This document shows, piece after piece, positions 38,245 to 53,710 of a stretch of DNA of 64,000 nucleotides (the stretch's first letter is position 1; the number at the start of each line of letters is the position of its first letter). The notes below the pieces were generated by a model. The model worked only from the letters and a program-made list of their open reading frames with translations, had not been told where the DNA came from and made no database searches. The translations under genes were made by a program, and so were the position numbers. Source of the DNA: Octopus vulgaris (Eukaryota); NCBI GenBank assembly GCA_951406725.2, contig OX597828.1, forward strand, positions 41,850,001 through 41,914,000. Reading direction: 5' to 3'.

Positions 38245-38386
38245 TCTCTCTCTCTCTCCGTTTTTCTCTTAGTCCCATCTCTATATTCTTCTCTATAAAC
38301 AGTCTTTTTCTCTTTCCTCTCTACCTCTTTAACTTTCACTCTTCCTATCTCTACTTCTGTCTAATCTTTTCTTTCATTCCTTTACC

Positions 38387-38424
<38 letters not shown>

Positions 38425-39290
38425 ATCTATCAGTCTATCTATCTCTCTTTCGCTATCTCTATTTCTAGCTGTCACTACCTTCCCGTCTCTTCCGTTCTGT
38501 TTCTCAGAATACAACCAAACCAGCGGCACACGTACATGAATAAATAATGGTGAATGCCCGTCCTAGAGATCTCAGCTATTGTTAGCCAATGTATGGAAGG
38601 ACATGATTGGTAAATAATATCTTGTGCTAATTTACGCTCAGTCTTCATTCAAGACGGGCTTTTGTTAATCTGGTCATTTCAAACGTTTATTGGTGCTTTG
38701 TTCGCCTCTCTTAGTCAGCTTTTCAGAGCGAGGTCAACGTTATTTACACACCAACTTTAATTAAACCTTCCACTATACAATCTCACCTTTATGCGTATAG
38801 ACACCTATATTCACCCAACCCCGCTCTTAAACAGCTATACTCACACGTATATGTATACGTGGATGTATGTAGATATATTTGACAATGAATAGGTGAATAT
38901 GTGAATATGTGAATAAGCGAATGTACGAATACATGACGGCATGTACATAATACATACATGCAGAGACAAATATATGCATACCTACATACATTTAAACATA
39001 CATATACATATATATATATTGTGCATGTGTGTATGTGCGTGTGCTGTTACACACCTTTCTTTATGTCAATATATATTCATACACACACCGTCCTACATAA
39101 CACACGCACACAGTCACACACACACACACACACACACACACGTATTTATGCATGTTTTATGTGTCATATGTAAATTATTTCAATATATGAATACATGTAC
39201 GTATGTAAACATATATATCTGCATGCGTACATATATCAGTGTATATAAGAATGAGTTTGCGTGTGTATATATGTATGTATATACATATAC

Positions 39291-39354
<64 letters not shown>

Positions 39355-39355
39355 G

Positions 39356-39398
<43 letters not shown>

Positions 39399-39439
39399 GC
39401 ATACACACACATACACACACACACACACATATATATTAT

Positions 39440-39992
39440 GCTCCGGTTCAATCCCACTGCGTGGCACCTTGCGCAAGTGTCTTCTATTTTAGCCCCGGGT
39501 AGACCAAGGCCTTGTGAATGGATTTGATAGACGGAAACTGAAAGAAGCCCATCATATATATATATATACATATATATGTATATATATATATTTATGTGTG
39601 TGTGTGTGCCTTTCTGTTTGTCCCCCCCCCCTCACTTGACAGCCGTTCTTGGTAGGTTCGGCAACAGATAACTGATTGAATAAGTACCTAGGCTTAAAAA
39701 GTATAAGTGCTGGGGTCGATTTCTTCGACCTTTTAATGCGGTCGAATGACTAAAACAAGTTACAGAATAAAATAAATTATATGTATTATATATGTGTGTT
39801 TGTGTGTATATGTATATATAGGCGCAGGAGCGGCTGTGTGGTCAAAAGCTTGCTTACCAACCACATGGTTCCGAGTTCAGTCCCTCTGCGTGACACCTTG
39901 GGCAAGTGTCTTCTACTATAGCCTCGGACCGACTAAAGCCTTGTGAGTGGATTTGGTAGACGGAAACTGAAAAAACGCCCGTCGTATATATG

Positions 39993-40026
<34 letters not shown>

Positions 40027-40345
40027 ACTGTGTTTGCCCCCTCCCCCAACATCGCTTGACAACCGATGGTGGTGTGTTTATGTCCCCGTAACTTAGCGAT
40101 TCGGCAAGAGAGACCGATAGAATAAGTACCAGGCTTAGAAAGAATAAGTCTTTGGGTCGATGTGCTCCACTGAAGACGGTGCTTCAGCATAGCCACAGTC
40201 AAATGACTGAAACAAGTAAAAAGAGAGTACGAGTGAATCGACCCCACATCTATTTTTTCAAAAGTCTTGTACTTATTTTATCGATATTCTTTGACCAGAC
40301 TGCTAAGTTTCGGGAACAGAAATACACTAATACCGTTGTCAAGCG
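39440..40345. mobile_element. Cluster of family B SINEs (+39440-39770, +39820-40225, partial -40240-40345)
   Basis: Repeated cccactgcgtggcaccttg and ggaaactgaaagaagccc segments and tails. Confidence 0.8.
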
Positions 40346-40535
40346 GTAGCGAGGATAACTATGGACACAAAGTTGACGAAACTATGACTGAACTCGAAGT
40401 AGACAAAGCTATGAATAAAAGTGTATAAATATGCGCTAAAAAGTACCCTTTTTGGACAGAAAGAGTCGAAGGCTGCTCGTGTGACTCGAACCTGCGTCAT
40501 GGCAGACATTCTATAGTACATTCATATTATATCTA

Positions 40536-40609
<74 letters not shown>

Positions 40610-40944
40610 TATACCTATGTATATGTATACACACATACTACGAGTAAGAACAGCATGCTTAGGAGAACTCAGTACAACGAGTGGGTAATTATTCTTTTTT
40701 AAACCAAGTTCCTGAAGTAACACAACCTGCACTGATTAATGCACGATATCCTACCCCTAAGGGACAGCTACAGGATGGGTCGAAACGATCGTCGTGCTGA
40801 ATAAAGATTCGTATTAAGATTCATGGGGAATCTTCCGTTTCCCCCCATAAATTATATATATATATATATACCCACACACACACATATATGTATGTATGTA
40901 TATATATATATATACACATATACAAAGATGCATAAATATTTACT

Positions 40945-40976
<32 letters not shown>

Positions 40977-41108
40977 CGTATACATATACAAGCATATATA
41001 TTTACATGCATAAATATGTACATATATACACACATTCATACATAAATGCATACATACATACATACATACATACATACATACATACAAAAATATCCGCTTG
41101 TTGGTGTT

Positions 41109-41157
41109 GAAATTCCAATGAAGGAGCCTTGGATCAAGGTTAGAAACCGGTTCTTTC
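41109..41157 (+). ncRNA. Degenerate minimal hammerhead-like motif
   Basis: CCAAUGA core (possible CpG decay of CCGAUGA), 7-bp stem II agccuug/caagguu, then GAA and palindromic ACCGGU. Confidence 0.35.
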
Positions 41158-41196
41158 TCTATTAACAAGAAATCTTGAAATAACACTGAACAATAG

Positions 41197-41300
41197 CATA
41201 CATACATGCATACATACATACATACATATATACATACATACATACATGCATGCAAGTATACATACATACATACATATATACATACATACATACATGCATG

Positions 41301-41332
<32 letters not shown>

Positions 41333-41840
41333 CATACATACATACATGCATAGATACATACATACATACATACATGCATGCATGCATACATTCATACATA
41401 TATACATACATACATACATACATACATACATACATACATACATACATACATACATGCATGCATACATACATACATACATACATATATACACACATACATA
41501 CATGCATAGATACATACATACATACATACATGCATGCATGCATACATTCATACATATATACATACATACATACATACATACATACATGCATGCATACATA
41601 CATACATACATACATACATGCATGCATGCATGCATTCATACATAAATACATATATACATACATACATACATACATTCATACATACATACATACATATATA
41701 CATGCAAGCATACATGCATACATACATATATACATGCATACATACATACATACATACATGCATGCATACATACATACATACATACATACATACATACATA
41801 CATACATACATACATACATACATACATACATACATGCATA
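41197..41840. repeat. Compound (TACA)n/(TGCA)n microsatellite
   Basis: Direct reading. Confidence 0.95.
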
Positions 41841-42901
41841 CGTAGTCGCACATACACAGATCACCGCAGCAGGTGAAGAGTGCAAAGAGGAATTCAAATA
41901 AAAAAGCCTTAAACCTTTTTATTTTTATTTTTATTTTTCCCAATTTATTTTTTCTCAAATATTGACGTTCTCATTACAAGAGCACGGCCTCTCACCACCT
42001 TTTCTGCTTTTGTCCACGGTCTTCCAGCGCCCTCCACCACCCTCCACCAACCCCCACCTTCCGAGGCTCCATTCACTACCGTACCCCATTCTCTGTCGTA
42101 CCCCACACCGTCCTCAACTGCGCTCCGCCACCGCCGTCGTACACCTTCGTCCAACTTCCCTCACCATTCTCCGTCTTTTTTTTTTTCATTCATGGTCTTT
42201 TCATCCCAAAGATGAATGGATTTAACTGTTATATATCGACTGTTTTATCCTCATCATCCCATTTTAAATGAGAGGAGGAGGATACATGGCAGAGGAGGAG
42301 GAGGGGATAATAGTGGGTGGGTGGGTGACAGACGGAGAGAGGGGTGGGTAGAGAAGAAGGGTGGGGGTAGACGGAGAGGAAGAGGGATGACAGGCTGTCT
42401 TCTGTGTGTTAACTTGTTTTTAGGGGGTAAGAAATAATGTGGGAAAACAGCGGTTGGGTGTTTGCAGGTTATAGGAAGTGGAGGTCGAGGATGGATAGGG
42501 AAGGGGGAATTATGTTAAGGTATGGTCGTGGTGAGGGTTGTGGTGAGGGTAGTGGCCGTGGTTGCAGTGGTGGTTGTGCTGGTTGTATTTGCGGTGTGAA
42601 TGGTGATGGTGATGATGATGATAATGATGATGATGGTGATGTGAATGAATAACTTTTCGTTGAGATGTAGAGGAGTTGAGAGAGAGAGAGAGAGATAGAG
42701 GTGGGGAAAAGAGAGGGAGAGGCAGGGGGAGAGAAAGGGGCAGAGACAGATACAATGAGAGGGAGAAAGATAGAGATAGAAAGAGAGACAGACAGACAGA
42801 CAAACAGACTGAAAAGATAAAGATTACACCATACTCCAGGTGTTGGCGTGTTTATTATTTTATCTCTAGCATAGACTCATACACATGCATATAACTATAT
42901 G

Positions 42902-43073
<172 letters not shown>

Positions 43074-43087
43074 ACATACATACATAC

Positions 43088-43129
<42 letters not shown>

Positions 43130-43553
43130 CACACACATATATATATATATTACATATCAGTATGCTTGCATGTAAATCAAGGCAAGTGTGTTAAAATACA
43201 TTTATTTGCTTCCTGATGCAAATCTCTTGATTCTGACTGGCAGAAATATATTTGTTTGTGAGTGTGTGTAATATATGTATAAAAATATATTCAGACATAT
43301 GTTGCTTTCATCAGCTAGGCAACCAACGACAACAGTATCTGAAAATTACTCATCTATATACTCTGATAATTCGCATAAATTGAAACTGGAGCATGGCATA
43401 AAATGTCGAGATGCCATGATTCAAGATACGATTTGTTTTTTTTTTGTTTTTTTCTCTTACCCAGTGAGAAACTTTACTGCTAAATACTCGACAATATGAA
43501 ATCAACAATAAAGAAAAAGATAAAGAAACTATGATGATGATGATGATGATGAT

Positions 43554-43618
<65 letters not shown>

Positions 43619-43655
43619 TAATAATAATAAATAATAATAATTAATAATAATAATA

Positions 43656-44066
43656 AGGCGCAGGAGTTGCTGTGTGGTAAATAGCTTGCTAACCAAACCA
43701 CATGGTTCAGGGTTCAGTCCCACTGCGTGGCACCTTGGGCAAGTGTCTTCTACTATAGCCCCGGGCCGACCAATGCCCTGTGAGTGGATTTGGTAGACGG
43801 AAACTGAAAGAAGCCCATCGTATATATGTATATGTATATATATGTGTGTGTTTGTGTGTCTGTGTTTGTCCCCCTAGCATTGCTTGACAACCGATGCTGG
43901 CGTGTTTATGTCCCCGTCACTAGCGGTTCGGCAAAAGAGACCGATAGAATAAGTACTGGGCTTACAAAGAATAAGTCCTTGGGTCTAGTTGCTCGACTAA
44001 AGGCGGTGCTCCAGCATGGCCGCAGTCAAATGACTGAAACAAGTAAAAGAGTAAAAGAGTAAAGAG
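43656..44066 (+). mobile_element. Family B SINE, full length, within (TAA)n
   Basis: Complete head, core and gtaaaaga tail. Confidence 0.92.
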
Positions 44067-44080
44067 TAATAATAATAATG

Positions 44081-44149
<69 letters not shown>

Positions 44150-44154
<5 letters not shown>

Positions 44155-44362
44155 CCTTTCTACTTTAAGCACAAGGCCTGAAATTTGCGGGGAGGGGACC
44201 AGTCGATTACATTGACCCCAATGCATAACTGGTACTTACTTGATCTGCCCCGAAAGGATGAAAAGCAAAGTCGACCTCGGCGGAATTTGAACTCAGAACG
44301 TAAAAAAGAATGAAATGATGCTAAGCATTTTGCCTGCGTGCTAACAGTTCCACCGGCTCACC
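44150..44362 (-). mobile_element. Family A SINE with second tail type ending in (ATT)n
   Basis: taatcctttctactttaagcacaaggcc tail; cccgaaaggatgaaaagcaaagtcgacctcggcggaatttgaactc core. Confidence 0.85.
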
Positions 44363-44407
44363 GGGTGTTCATCGAAAATGAAAGAAAAAACGTGACAGAG
44401 TATTTGG

Positions 44408-44750
44408 TATGGCTGTGTGGTAAGTAGCTTGCCTACCAACCAAATGGTTCCGAGTTCAGTCTCACTGCGTGGCACCTTGGGCACGTGTCTTCTACTATGG
44501 CTTCGGGTAGACTAAAGCCTTGTGAGTAGATTTTGCAAACGGAAACTGAAAGAAGCCCGTCGTATATATGTATATATATGTATGTGTGTGTATATGTTTG
44601 TGTGTCTGTGTTTGTCCACCCCTCCAACATCGCTTGACAACTGATGGTGGTGTGTTTACGTCCCCGTAACTTAGCGGTTCGGCAAAAAAGACCGATAGAA
44701 TAAGTACTAGGCTTACAAAGAATAAGTCCTACGGTCGATTTCTTCGACTA
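44408..44750 (+). mobile_element. Family B SINE truncated at the R4/Dong fragment
   Basis: Family B sequence stops at ttcttcgacta (44750). Confidence 0.85.
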
Positions 44751-45463
44751 TGGATGAGAAGGAGTGACCTGAAAATAAAGACCGAAGCACTTATATGTGC
44801 AGCTCGAGAACAAGCGTTAAGGCCGAACTATGAGAAGTGCAGAATTGACAACACTACCGTCTGCGACAAATGCAGAATGTGTGGTGAGAGGGGTGAAATG
44901 GTATGGCACATCGTTATCGAATGCCCGAAATTGGCACAACACCATGACATTGTGGCAAGAATGATCCATAGGGAACTCTGTAAATCACGGCCTACAAAGA
45001 GCAACGACGTGATATGAGCAAACTCCAAGAGTCACCGAGAATGAGAATTGAAAAATCCTGTGGGATGTAATTATTCAGTGCGAGCACCTGACCAGACATC
45101 GGAAACATGACATTGTTGTGGTGAATAAAAAAAAATGTATGATAATCGACATAGCCTGCCCTGGTGACAACAGGATCCATGTGAAAGAAGAAGAAAATAA
45201 ACAATTATGACGATTTGAAGTGGGGAAATACGTATGTCGTGGTCAATGAGGAGAGTATACGTGATATCAATAATAATTGGTGCACTTGGAATTATCTCAG
45301 CTACCAGGATGACTGAAAAAGACTGGAGCGAGTGTGAGGGTAGAACACCTACAAAAATCAGCATTGCTTGGAACTGCAAGAATTCTTCGCAGGGTTTTTT
45401 GGAGCATGACCGGTAAACAAGCGTCACCTTAGTCTGCAATGTAAACTGTGAGTTTTCAGCACA

Positions 45464-45465
<2 letters not shown>
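44751..45465 (+). mobile_element. 5'-truncated R4/Dong-clade LINE (CCHC plus restriction-like endonuclease), degenerate
   Basis: LKIKTEALICAAREQAL, KCRMCGERGEMVWHIVIECPKLAQ, HDIVARMIH, KILWDV, DIVVVN, IIDIACPGD and IIIGALG; ends in (TAA)n. Confidence 0.88.
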
Positions 45466-45535
<70 letters not shown>

Positions 45536-45546
45536 TGATGATGATG

Positions 45547-45613
<67 letters not shown>

Positions 45614-45621
45614 TGATGATG

Positions 45622-45667
<46 letters not shown>

Positions 45668-45672
45668 TGATG

Positions 45673-45711
<39 letters not shown>

Positions 45712-45753
45712 TTAATAATAATAATAATAATAATAATAATGATGATGATGATG

Positions 45754-45814
<61 letters not shown>

Positions 45815-45837
45815 TGATGATGATGATGATGATGATG

Positions 45838-45881
<44 letters not shown>
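45466..45881. repeat. (TAA)n/(TGA)n compound microsatellite
   Basis: Direct reading. Confidence 0.95.
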
Positions 45882-45882
<1 letters not shown>

Positions 45883-46741
45883 GCAACAACAACAACAACT
45901 ACTACTACTAATACTACAAAAAGCAGTAATAATCATTTCTTTATTAGTCATAAGGGCTCGAAGATATACAAAACTAACGAACATTTCACTTAGTATTACA
46001 GAGTAGAGAAAGATAAACGTGGGGGGCGTGATAAAAACACGTCTAGTGGGTAAGAGACATTATACAATGGAAGGGAGGTCGTTCTATGAATTTTAAAGGT
46101 ACACACACGAACACGCATACATAGGCACAAATGCACATACGCTTACACACACACACACACACACACACGTACGCACACACACACACGAGCGCTCGCGCAC
46201 GCACACACTCATTAGAACGGAAATAAAAAGCAAAGTGCAATGAAGGATACAATAATTAAAGCAAGATGTTATTTAAAGAAATAAAACCCAAGAGATTTTC
46301 TGTCCAGGTTGAACAGGACCCTTCAGAACCCTGTTCACTTAACCATTTTTCAATCTGTGTTCAAATGCAACCGAATGCACCAGTGAGCATTTTTTTGGTT
46401 TTTGCTATTGAAAAACACCAACATCTTGTCGGTAACTTTTTGTTATGTCCAGTATAATGTCTTAATTCTAATTTTACTGGTAGCTTATCTTTTGCTTGCT
46501 GTTTACATTCTGAAACTAGCTGCTGTTTTTATTTTGTTTTGTTTTTTTTTATTTTTTGTTTTTGTCCAAATTTCTTCGGAGAGTCCGTGGAAACAGATGC
46601 TTAATTTTGTCTGTTAATTGTCTGTTTGATATTCGAGAAGCACCGAAACTTAATTCATCTTCGTCCCCTGCATTTTCTTCATTATTTTTCTGATGGCAAA
46701 TTTTGTTTACGTTTAGAAATTGTTCCGCCTCACCTGCTTTC

Positions 46742-46793
46742 AGTCTTTCATGCTGAGTCTTTCATGCTGAGTCTTTCATGCTGAGTCTTTCAT
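46742..46793. repeat. 14-bp tandem repeat (agtctttcatgctg), about 3.7 units
   Basis: Direct reading. Confidence 0.9.
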
Positions 46794-47759
46794 CTGGGAA
46801 TTTTTCTTTGTAATTTCCTCGTATTCTTTCTCACGGCATGAAGGTGTGGTACTACAAGTAGCTACGGTTAATTGACGAGGTATTTGCTCATTTGTTATTA
46901 GTGGTGTTGGATCTAAGAACGTTTTCTCCCCTATCCTCAGAGTTATGGCTCTCCAGTTCTTCTAGGCATTCAACCCTTAAGTTTGTTTTGCTTCGATAAA
47001 GATAACAACTACTCTTTCTACTCTGTATCATCACATGCACAGTATACGGGCGTTTCATACGAGATCAGGATATGATAGAGGAACAAAATAATTAAATAAC
47101 CATCAGACATGGCCGGCTGGAAGTGCATAGCTTGCGACCCTTTGGAACTGCAGGTATGAATGAAAACATCCGGTATCAAACCAAGGAATCCTTGTTTACA
47201 GTTAAAAAATAAAAGCGGAATAAAAAGCAGGAACAGTATATGATATGGTGATCTTTTCTAAAGTTATATCACTTGAATTGGCAAGGGAAAATATAAAACA
47301 AAGTAAAAGTTTGTAAGATGCGCTGATGTACAGGGAGTAACCCTTTCGTGTAAGCTTATACGAAAGAGGAAGGGTGAAGGGTGACGAGCAGAGGATGTAA
47401 GAGAGTGTGAAAGAAAGCGTGGAAGAAGTATAAGAGGTGGAAAACGACAGGAAGGAAGATGATTAGCTTGTTTGCAAAAAGAGTGTTATGTGTATACATG
47501 TGTGAGAGGGGGGAAGGGAATATGATAATAAGAAAGCAAGATGCGAGAGAGGCTGGAAGGAAAGCAAGGAGACGAAGGGATGAAGAGAGAGAAGAGAAAG
47601 GGAGAATGGAGGCATAACGAGCTAAAGGGTGATCGAAGAGATTAAAAAGAGGACTCAAATCTTCTAAGATAAGAGGAAAATAATTCTAAAATAGACAAAC
47701 GTCAGTCTTCACTTTACTTTGGTGGAACTCAAATCATCTAATTAAAACGTACTCTCATT

Positions 47760-48295
47760 GTTGAGGACAGGGGGAAAAATTTCGGCTTATAGTTCAAGAA
47801 GGCTTCCGGGTGAAGGGAATTCTTCAGGATAATTTATTCTCTGCTAGACAGAACCTGCAGCTCCTGCTGCTTTTATTTAGATACGGCCTGCGTTTTCTGA
47901 ACAATTTCAACAACTGTATGTGCTTAGTTAACATTGTGACATTGCGCCTGTTCTGGATCCTAAATGAAGACTTGCAGTTGTTTAGCCTGTTTATAAAAGA
48001 GCCTTCCATGATTCCAACATATTACTGTACCTACGCCGTCCTAATTGAGTCCCTCATCGTTTCATACACTTCATATACAACAAACCCTATGTTATATTGT
48101 CCATTCAGTGGGCATGTGATGTAAACACAGCATGAACAGTCAGCTTCTGCCTTTGGTTTGGTCCTATTAACTAAAATATGTTTCACATTAAATGTACAGA
48201 TAAACGAGACACTCAAGCTATGCCTCTTGAATATCTTTCTGTACTTATGTGCCTGTGGGAAATGCGTCTCTATTATCCTGAAATGCTCTGCACAT
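47760..48295 (-). pseudogene. Penelope-like element GIY-YIG endonuclease region, degenerate
   Basis: HFPQAHKYRKIF, CSCCVYITCPLNG, VVYEV, YVGIMEGSFINRLNNCKSSF and RPY..SCRFCLAE occur in the order expected for the PLE linker plus GIY-YIG. Confidence 0.75.
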
Positions 48296-48486
48296 ACTCG
48301 GCACACGGATATAAATATATACAAATATATACAAACATATGTTTGTGTGAGTGTGTGCGTGTACGCGTGTATATACCTATATATATATATATATACATTT
48401 ATGTGTGTGTATGTGTTTGTGTGTATACACATGTATATGTATGTATGCAGTAAGAGAAAGAAAAGTTAGATAGATAGATTGATAGA

Positions 48487-48568
<82 letters not shown>

Positions 48569-48868
48569 CAAAATGGAATATATTTGTGCATCAGCGGTGT
48601 GAGAACGTAAAAATAAAAGCAGGAAACATGTGAACTGTTCCATGAAGCTAAAGACGCACAAGCGCGCGTACACACTCGGAGACTTCTGTTTGTGTTCATG
48701 TGTGTGTGTGCATATAAACATCCATCCACAGGCATACACAGACACACACACATTTATATATATATATATAGTTAATCCAAACAAGAAAGCACAAAAAAAC
48801 ACAACAACGCGAGGACATGGAACAAATATAGTATTATTGGATGCTCAGGAAAGAAGGAAAGAAGGAGG

Positions 48869-48903
48869 GTTAAACGTTTCGAGCGGAGCTCTTCGTCGGA
48901 AAC
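48869..48903 (-). ncRNA. Minimal hammerhead motif, CCGACGA family, in a remnant at 48770-48975
   Basis: Minus strand: guuu-CCGACGA-A-GAGC-ucc-GCUC-GAAA-CG-UU-uaac. Confidence 0.65.
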
Positions 48904-48971
48904 ATAGGAGAAGGAAAGATCCAGAGAAGGGAAGACAGAGGAAAAAAAATCGCCAGTGGTACTCACGAGGT

Positions 48972-49021
<50 letters not shown>

Positions 49022-49121
49022 CATACATACATGCATACATTCATACGTACATACATATATATATACACAATAATAACTCGAATATCGCGTGAATTGCGTT
49101 CCAAACCATATATATATATAT

Positions 49122-49196
<75 letters not shown>

Positions 49197-49902
49197 TATA
49201 TATGTATATATATATATATACACACATATATATATATATACACACAAAATCGCCAACGGTACACACGCGGTCACATTTATATATATAAATGTGTGTGTGT
49301 GTGTGTGTGTGTGTATCTCTCCCTCTCATTCTCTCTCTCTCCACACACACATACGAGTGGCGATATGTTCCTACGGTTATTCATTACATCCTTTCACGAG
49401 TGAATATATATCGACGTTTATTTTTGTCTCTCTCTTTATAATACTCTGTATTATAAAAATATCGATGGAGAACAACAACAACAGGATATTTCGAAAAAAA
49501 AATAATTCAATTTCGTTTTACGGAGGCGTCTTTCGAGCTACAATGGAAACACATGGAGTTCTGAACATGGGTTAGAAGTCATGCCCTACACACCTCACTT
49601 CACACATACTGACGCACACACAGACACACACGAGTACGTACAACTGATCCTTGATTTCAATGATAAAAGCCGTCGTCTAACTCTTGTCCTTTTCCTCCAT
49701 GTCATCACATCGCTGAACTCTATACACTACACGCCTCTTTCTTATCCCTTTTACTCTTTCTCTCGCAGCGTCTCCTTCTTCCACCTTGCTCTCTTCTTTC
49801 CTCTCTCCCTCGCCTCGCCTCTCTCCATCTCTGCTCTTCTCCTTCTCACCTTCTTTCCCACTCTACTCTGTGCGTCGCCATTTTCTCTTTTACTTCAACC
49901 AC

Positions 49903-49904
<2 letters not shown>

Positions 49905-49953
<49 letters not shown>

Positions 49954-50026
49954 TCATTCTCTCTCTCTCTCTCTTACTATTTCTCTCTTCCTTTCTTTAT
50001 TTGTCTCTTTCTTTCTTCCTTCCTTC

Positions 50027-50064
<38 letters not shown>

Positions 50065-50258
50065 CTCTCTCTCTCCCTCTCTTTCTTTCTTTCTTTCTTT
50101 CTTTCTATCTCTCTTTCTTTCTCTCTTTCTATCTCTCTTTCTTTCTTTCTTTCTTTCTTTCGTTCTTTCTCTCTCTCCCTCTCTTTCTTTTTTTCTTTCT
50201 TTCTTTCTTCCTTCCTTCCTTCCTTTCTTCCTTCCTTCCTTTCTTCCTTCCTTCTTAC

Positions 50259-50292
<34 letters not shown>

Positions 50293-50430
50293 ATCTTTCT
50301 TTCTTTCTATCTTTCTTTCTATCTTTCTTTCTTTCTTTCTTCCTTTCTTCCTTCCTTCCTTCCTTCCTTCCTTCTTTTCTTCCTTTCTTTCTTTCTTTCT
50401 TTCTTTTCTCTCTCTCTCTCTCCTCTCTTC
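49905..50430. repeat. (TTTC)n/(TTCC)n polypyrimidine tract
   Basis: Direct reading. Confidence 0.95.
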
Positions 50431-50680
50431 TCTATTTCGTTCCTTCTCTCTTAGTGCTTTCTATTCTTTTCTTTCCGACCGCTCACTCCCTCCTCTCCTC
50501 TGTCTCTCTGTAACTTATTATTAATGTTTTTTCTTCTTCATGTAGACCTTTTGCGGTTAATAAAGAAATCATCATTATCATCATCATCATTATCATCATC
50601 ATCATCATCATCATCAACATCATCGTCAACATCATCATCATTACCACCATCATCACCATCATCATCATCATCATCATCAA

Positions 50681-50754
<74 letters not shown>

Positions 50755-50963
50755 ACATCCATCTCCTCCTCATCATCATCCTCGTCGACGTCGTTGTCGT
50801 CGTCGTTTTTGTTGCTATTGTTGTTCGTTTTTTCCTTCTTCATTGTCATCATTATCATCATCATCATCATCGCCGCCGCCGCCACCACCACCGTCATCAC
50901 CACCACCACCATTCTCCTCTTCCTCCCCTCCTCCTCCTCCTCCTTCTAATCATCATCACCACC

Positions 50964-51043
<80 letters not shown>

Positions 51044-51237
51044 AATCATCATTTCGACTTTGGTAGTTCTACTTTTCGCTATTGTACTTATTATTGTGCA
51101 TATTGTTCCTGTTCTTTGTTTTTTTACAATTGTTTATTTTTTAAATAATTTTTTTTATTTACTTACTTGTTATTGTTACAACTGTCCCCCATCCGTTGCT
51201 CTTGTAGCAATAAAATAAACTATTATCATCATCATCA

Positions 51238-51290
<53 letters not shown>

Positions 51291-51522
51291 GTTATTATTA
51301 TTAGCATCATTTTATTTTTTGTTTAACAAGCTCATCCTCTTTTCCTCTGCCTTCTCCCCCTCCTCACCCCACACCTCGCCCCTTTCCATCCTTTCCTTGC
51401 TCTCAGATCGTTCCACTTGAGTGGTCATTAACCGACCCTTAACAGGTCACCTTGTAGATGTTAGCTAGCGATGTTATGTGCACGCTGTTAAACACACACG
51501 CACGAACACACAAACACACACA

Positions 51523-51557
<35 letters not shown>

Positions 51558-51702
51558 CCACACATACACGCACACACACACACAAAACCACACATACAAA
51601 AATGAGAGGCACAAATACATTCATACACACACGAACAAAGGGAAAAATTATTTTACTTACGTTTAGTATGTATGCCTGAATATATGTACGTGTGAAAATG
51701 CG

Positions 51703-51758
<56 letters not shown>

Positions 51759-51889
51759 ATCGCGCGCATATATTAATGTATACATAGAGACATATATCGC
51801 TATATGTGTATGTGTGAGGGTACGCACGTGTATTTATACATACATGTATATATATATATGTATGTATATATATACACACTCATATATAC

Positions 51890-51920
<31 letters not shown>

Positions 51921-51949
51921 CGTATATGCATATATCTACATCTATATCC

Positions 51950-52023
<74 letters not shown>

Positions 52024-52122
52024 GTATGTATGTATATTTAGTCAAATACGCTCGGATATCTATGCAGGCATGCATCTATTCATTCAGAACAATACACACA
52101 TATTCACAAACGCATATATACA

Positions 52123-52534
52123 TACTCTTTACTCTTTCAGTTGTTTCAGTCATCTGACTGTGGCCATGCTGGAGCACCGCCTTTAGTCAGCAAATCGGCC
52201 CCAGGACTTATTCTTTGTAAGCCTAGTACTTATTCTCTCGGTCACTTTCGCCGAACTGCTAAGTTACGGGGACGTAAACACACCACCATCGGTTGTCAAG
52301 AGATGTTGGGGGATCAAACACAGGCACACAAATAAATACACACACATGCATATATATATATATGTACATATATACGACGAGCTTCTTTCAGTTTCTGTCT
52401 ACCAAATCCACTCACACGGCTTTAGTGGACCCGAGGCTATAGTAGAAGACACTTGCCCAAAGTGCCACGCAGTGGGACTGAACCCGGAACCATGTGGTTC
52501 ATAAGCAAGCTACTTAAAACAGAGCCACTCCTAT
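52123..52534 (-). mobile_element. Family B SINE, full length
   Basis: Tail tactctttactc; head cagagccactcctata. Confidence 0.9.
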
Positions 52535-52794
52535 AGACATTCATACATCCTATGTGCATCAATACAAACATACATAGAGGCACACACATTCATGCATGCA
52601 CACACGCGTATTTGCATCCACATGTATGCGCATACATACGCATATACATACACGCACGCATAATTCCAGGAACGCAAGCATATACGCACACATACTTACA
52701 CGCACACGTACATACCTACATACAATCGTTCATATACATACTTATACATATATATGTACATGTATATATAAAATATATATATATATATATATAC

Positions 52795-52851
<57 letters not shown>

Positions 52852-53299
52852 ATCGTCTTCTAAGAGTTATACGTTCTTGTCCATGTTGTATTTTTCTACA
52901 TACCTTAATATATATATATATATATATATATGAGGTGACACAAAATATATATACATACATACTTACATACATATATATATATAGTTAATCCAATATATAT
53001 ATATATATATGTATGTAAGTATGTATGTATATATATTTTGTGTCACCTCATAGATAACGCGATCTTTTTTCAGTTGCATGAACTAAAAGTCGGAGAGGTG
53101 AGGGTTAAACTACCCGCATCAACTTGGTATAATAGCAGGTAGTAATTTTAGTTAGTTCTTATTCTTAGTGCACGTTTTGAAGAGTGCAGTTCGATTTCAA
53201 CAGTTATTTTTTCAAAGCTATAATGAAAGTGACAAAGTATATTGGACATATTTTGCTTTATGAGTTGAATAAAAGCAACAACACAATGGAGAGTGCGAG

Positions 53300-53705
53300 G
53301 AATATTCCTTTTTACTCTAGGCATAAGGCCCGAAATTTTGGGGGAGAGGGCCAGTCCATTAGATTGACCTCATTATGTAACTGGTACTTAATTTATCGAT
53401 CCCGAAAGGATGAAAGGTAAAGTCAGCCTTGATAGAATTTGAACTTAGAACGTAGCAGCAGACGAAATACCCATTTCTTTACCACCCACAAGGGGCTAAA
53501 TACAGAGAGGACAAATAAGGACAGACAAACGGATTAAGTCGATTATATTGACCCCAGTGCGTAACTGGTACTTATTTAATCGACCCCGAAAGGATGAAAG
53601 GCAAAGTCGACCTCGGCGGAATTTGAACTCAGAACGCTGCGGCAGACGAAATACCGCTAAGCATTACGCCTGGTATGCTAACGTTTCTGCCAGCTCACCG
53701 CCTTA
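53300..53705 (-). mobile_element. Family A SINE dimer with mixed tails
   Basis: Full head with Tx1-like tail (53473-53705), joined at gaaatacccatttc (53464) to a unit with the second tail type. Confidence 0.88.
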
Positions 53706-53710
53706 TATGT

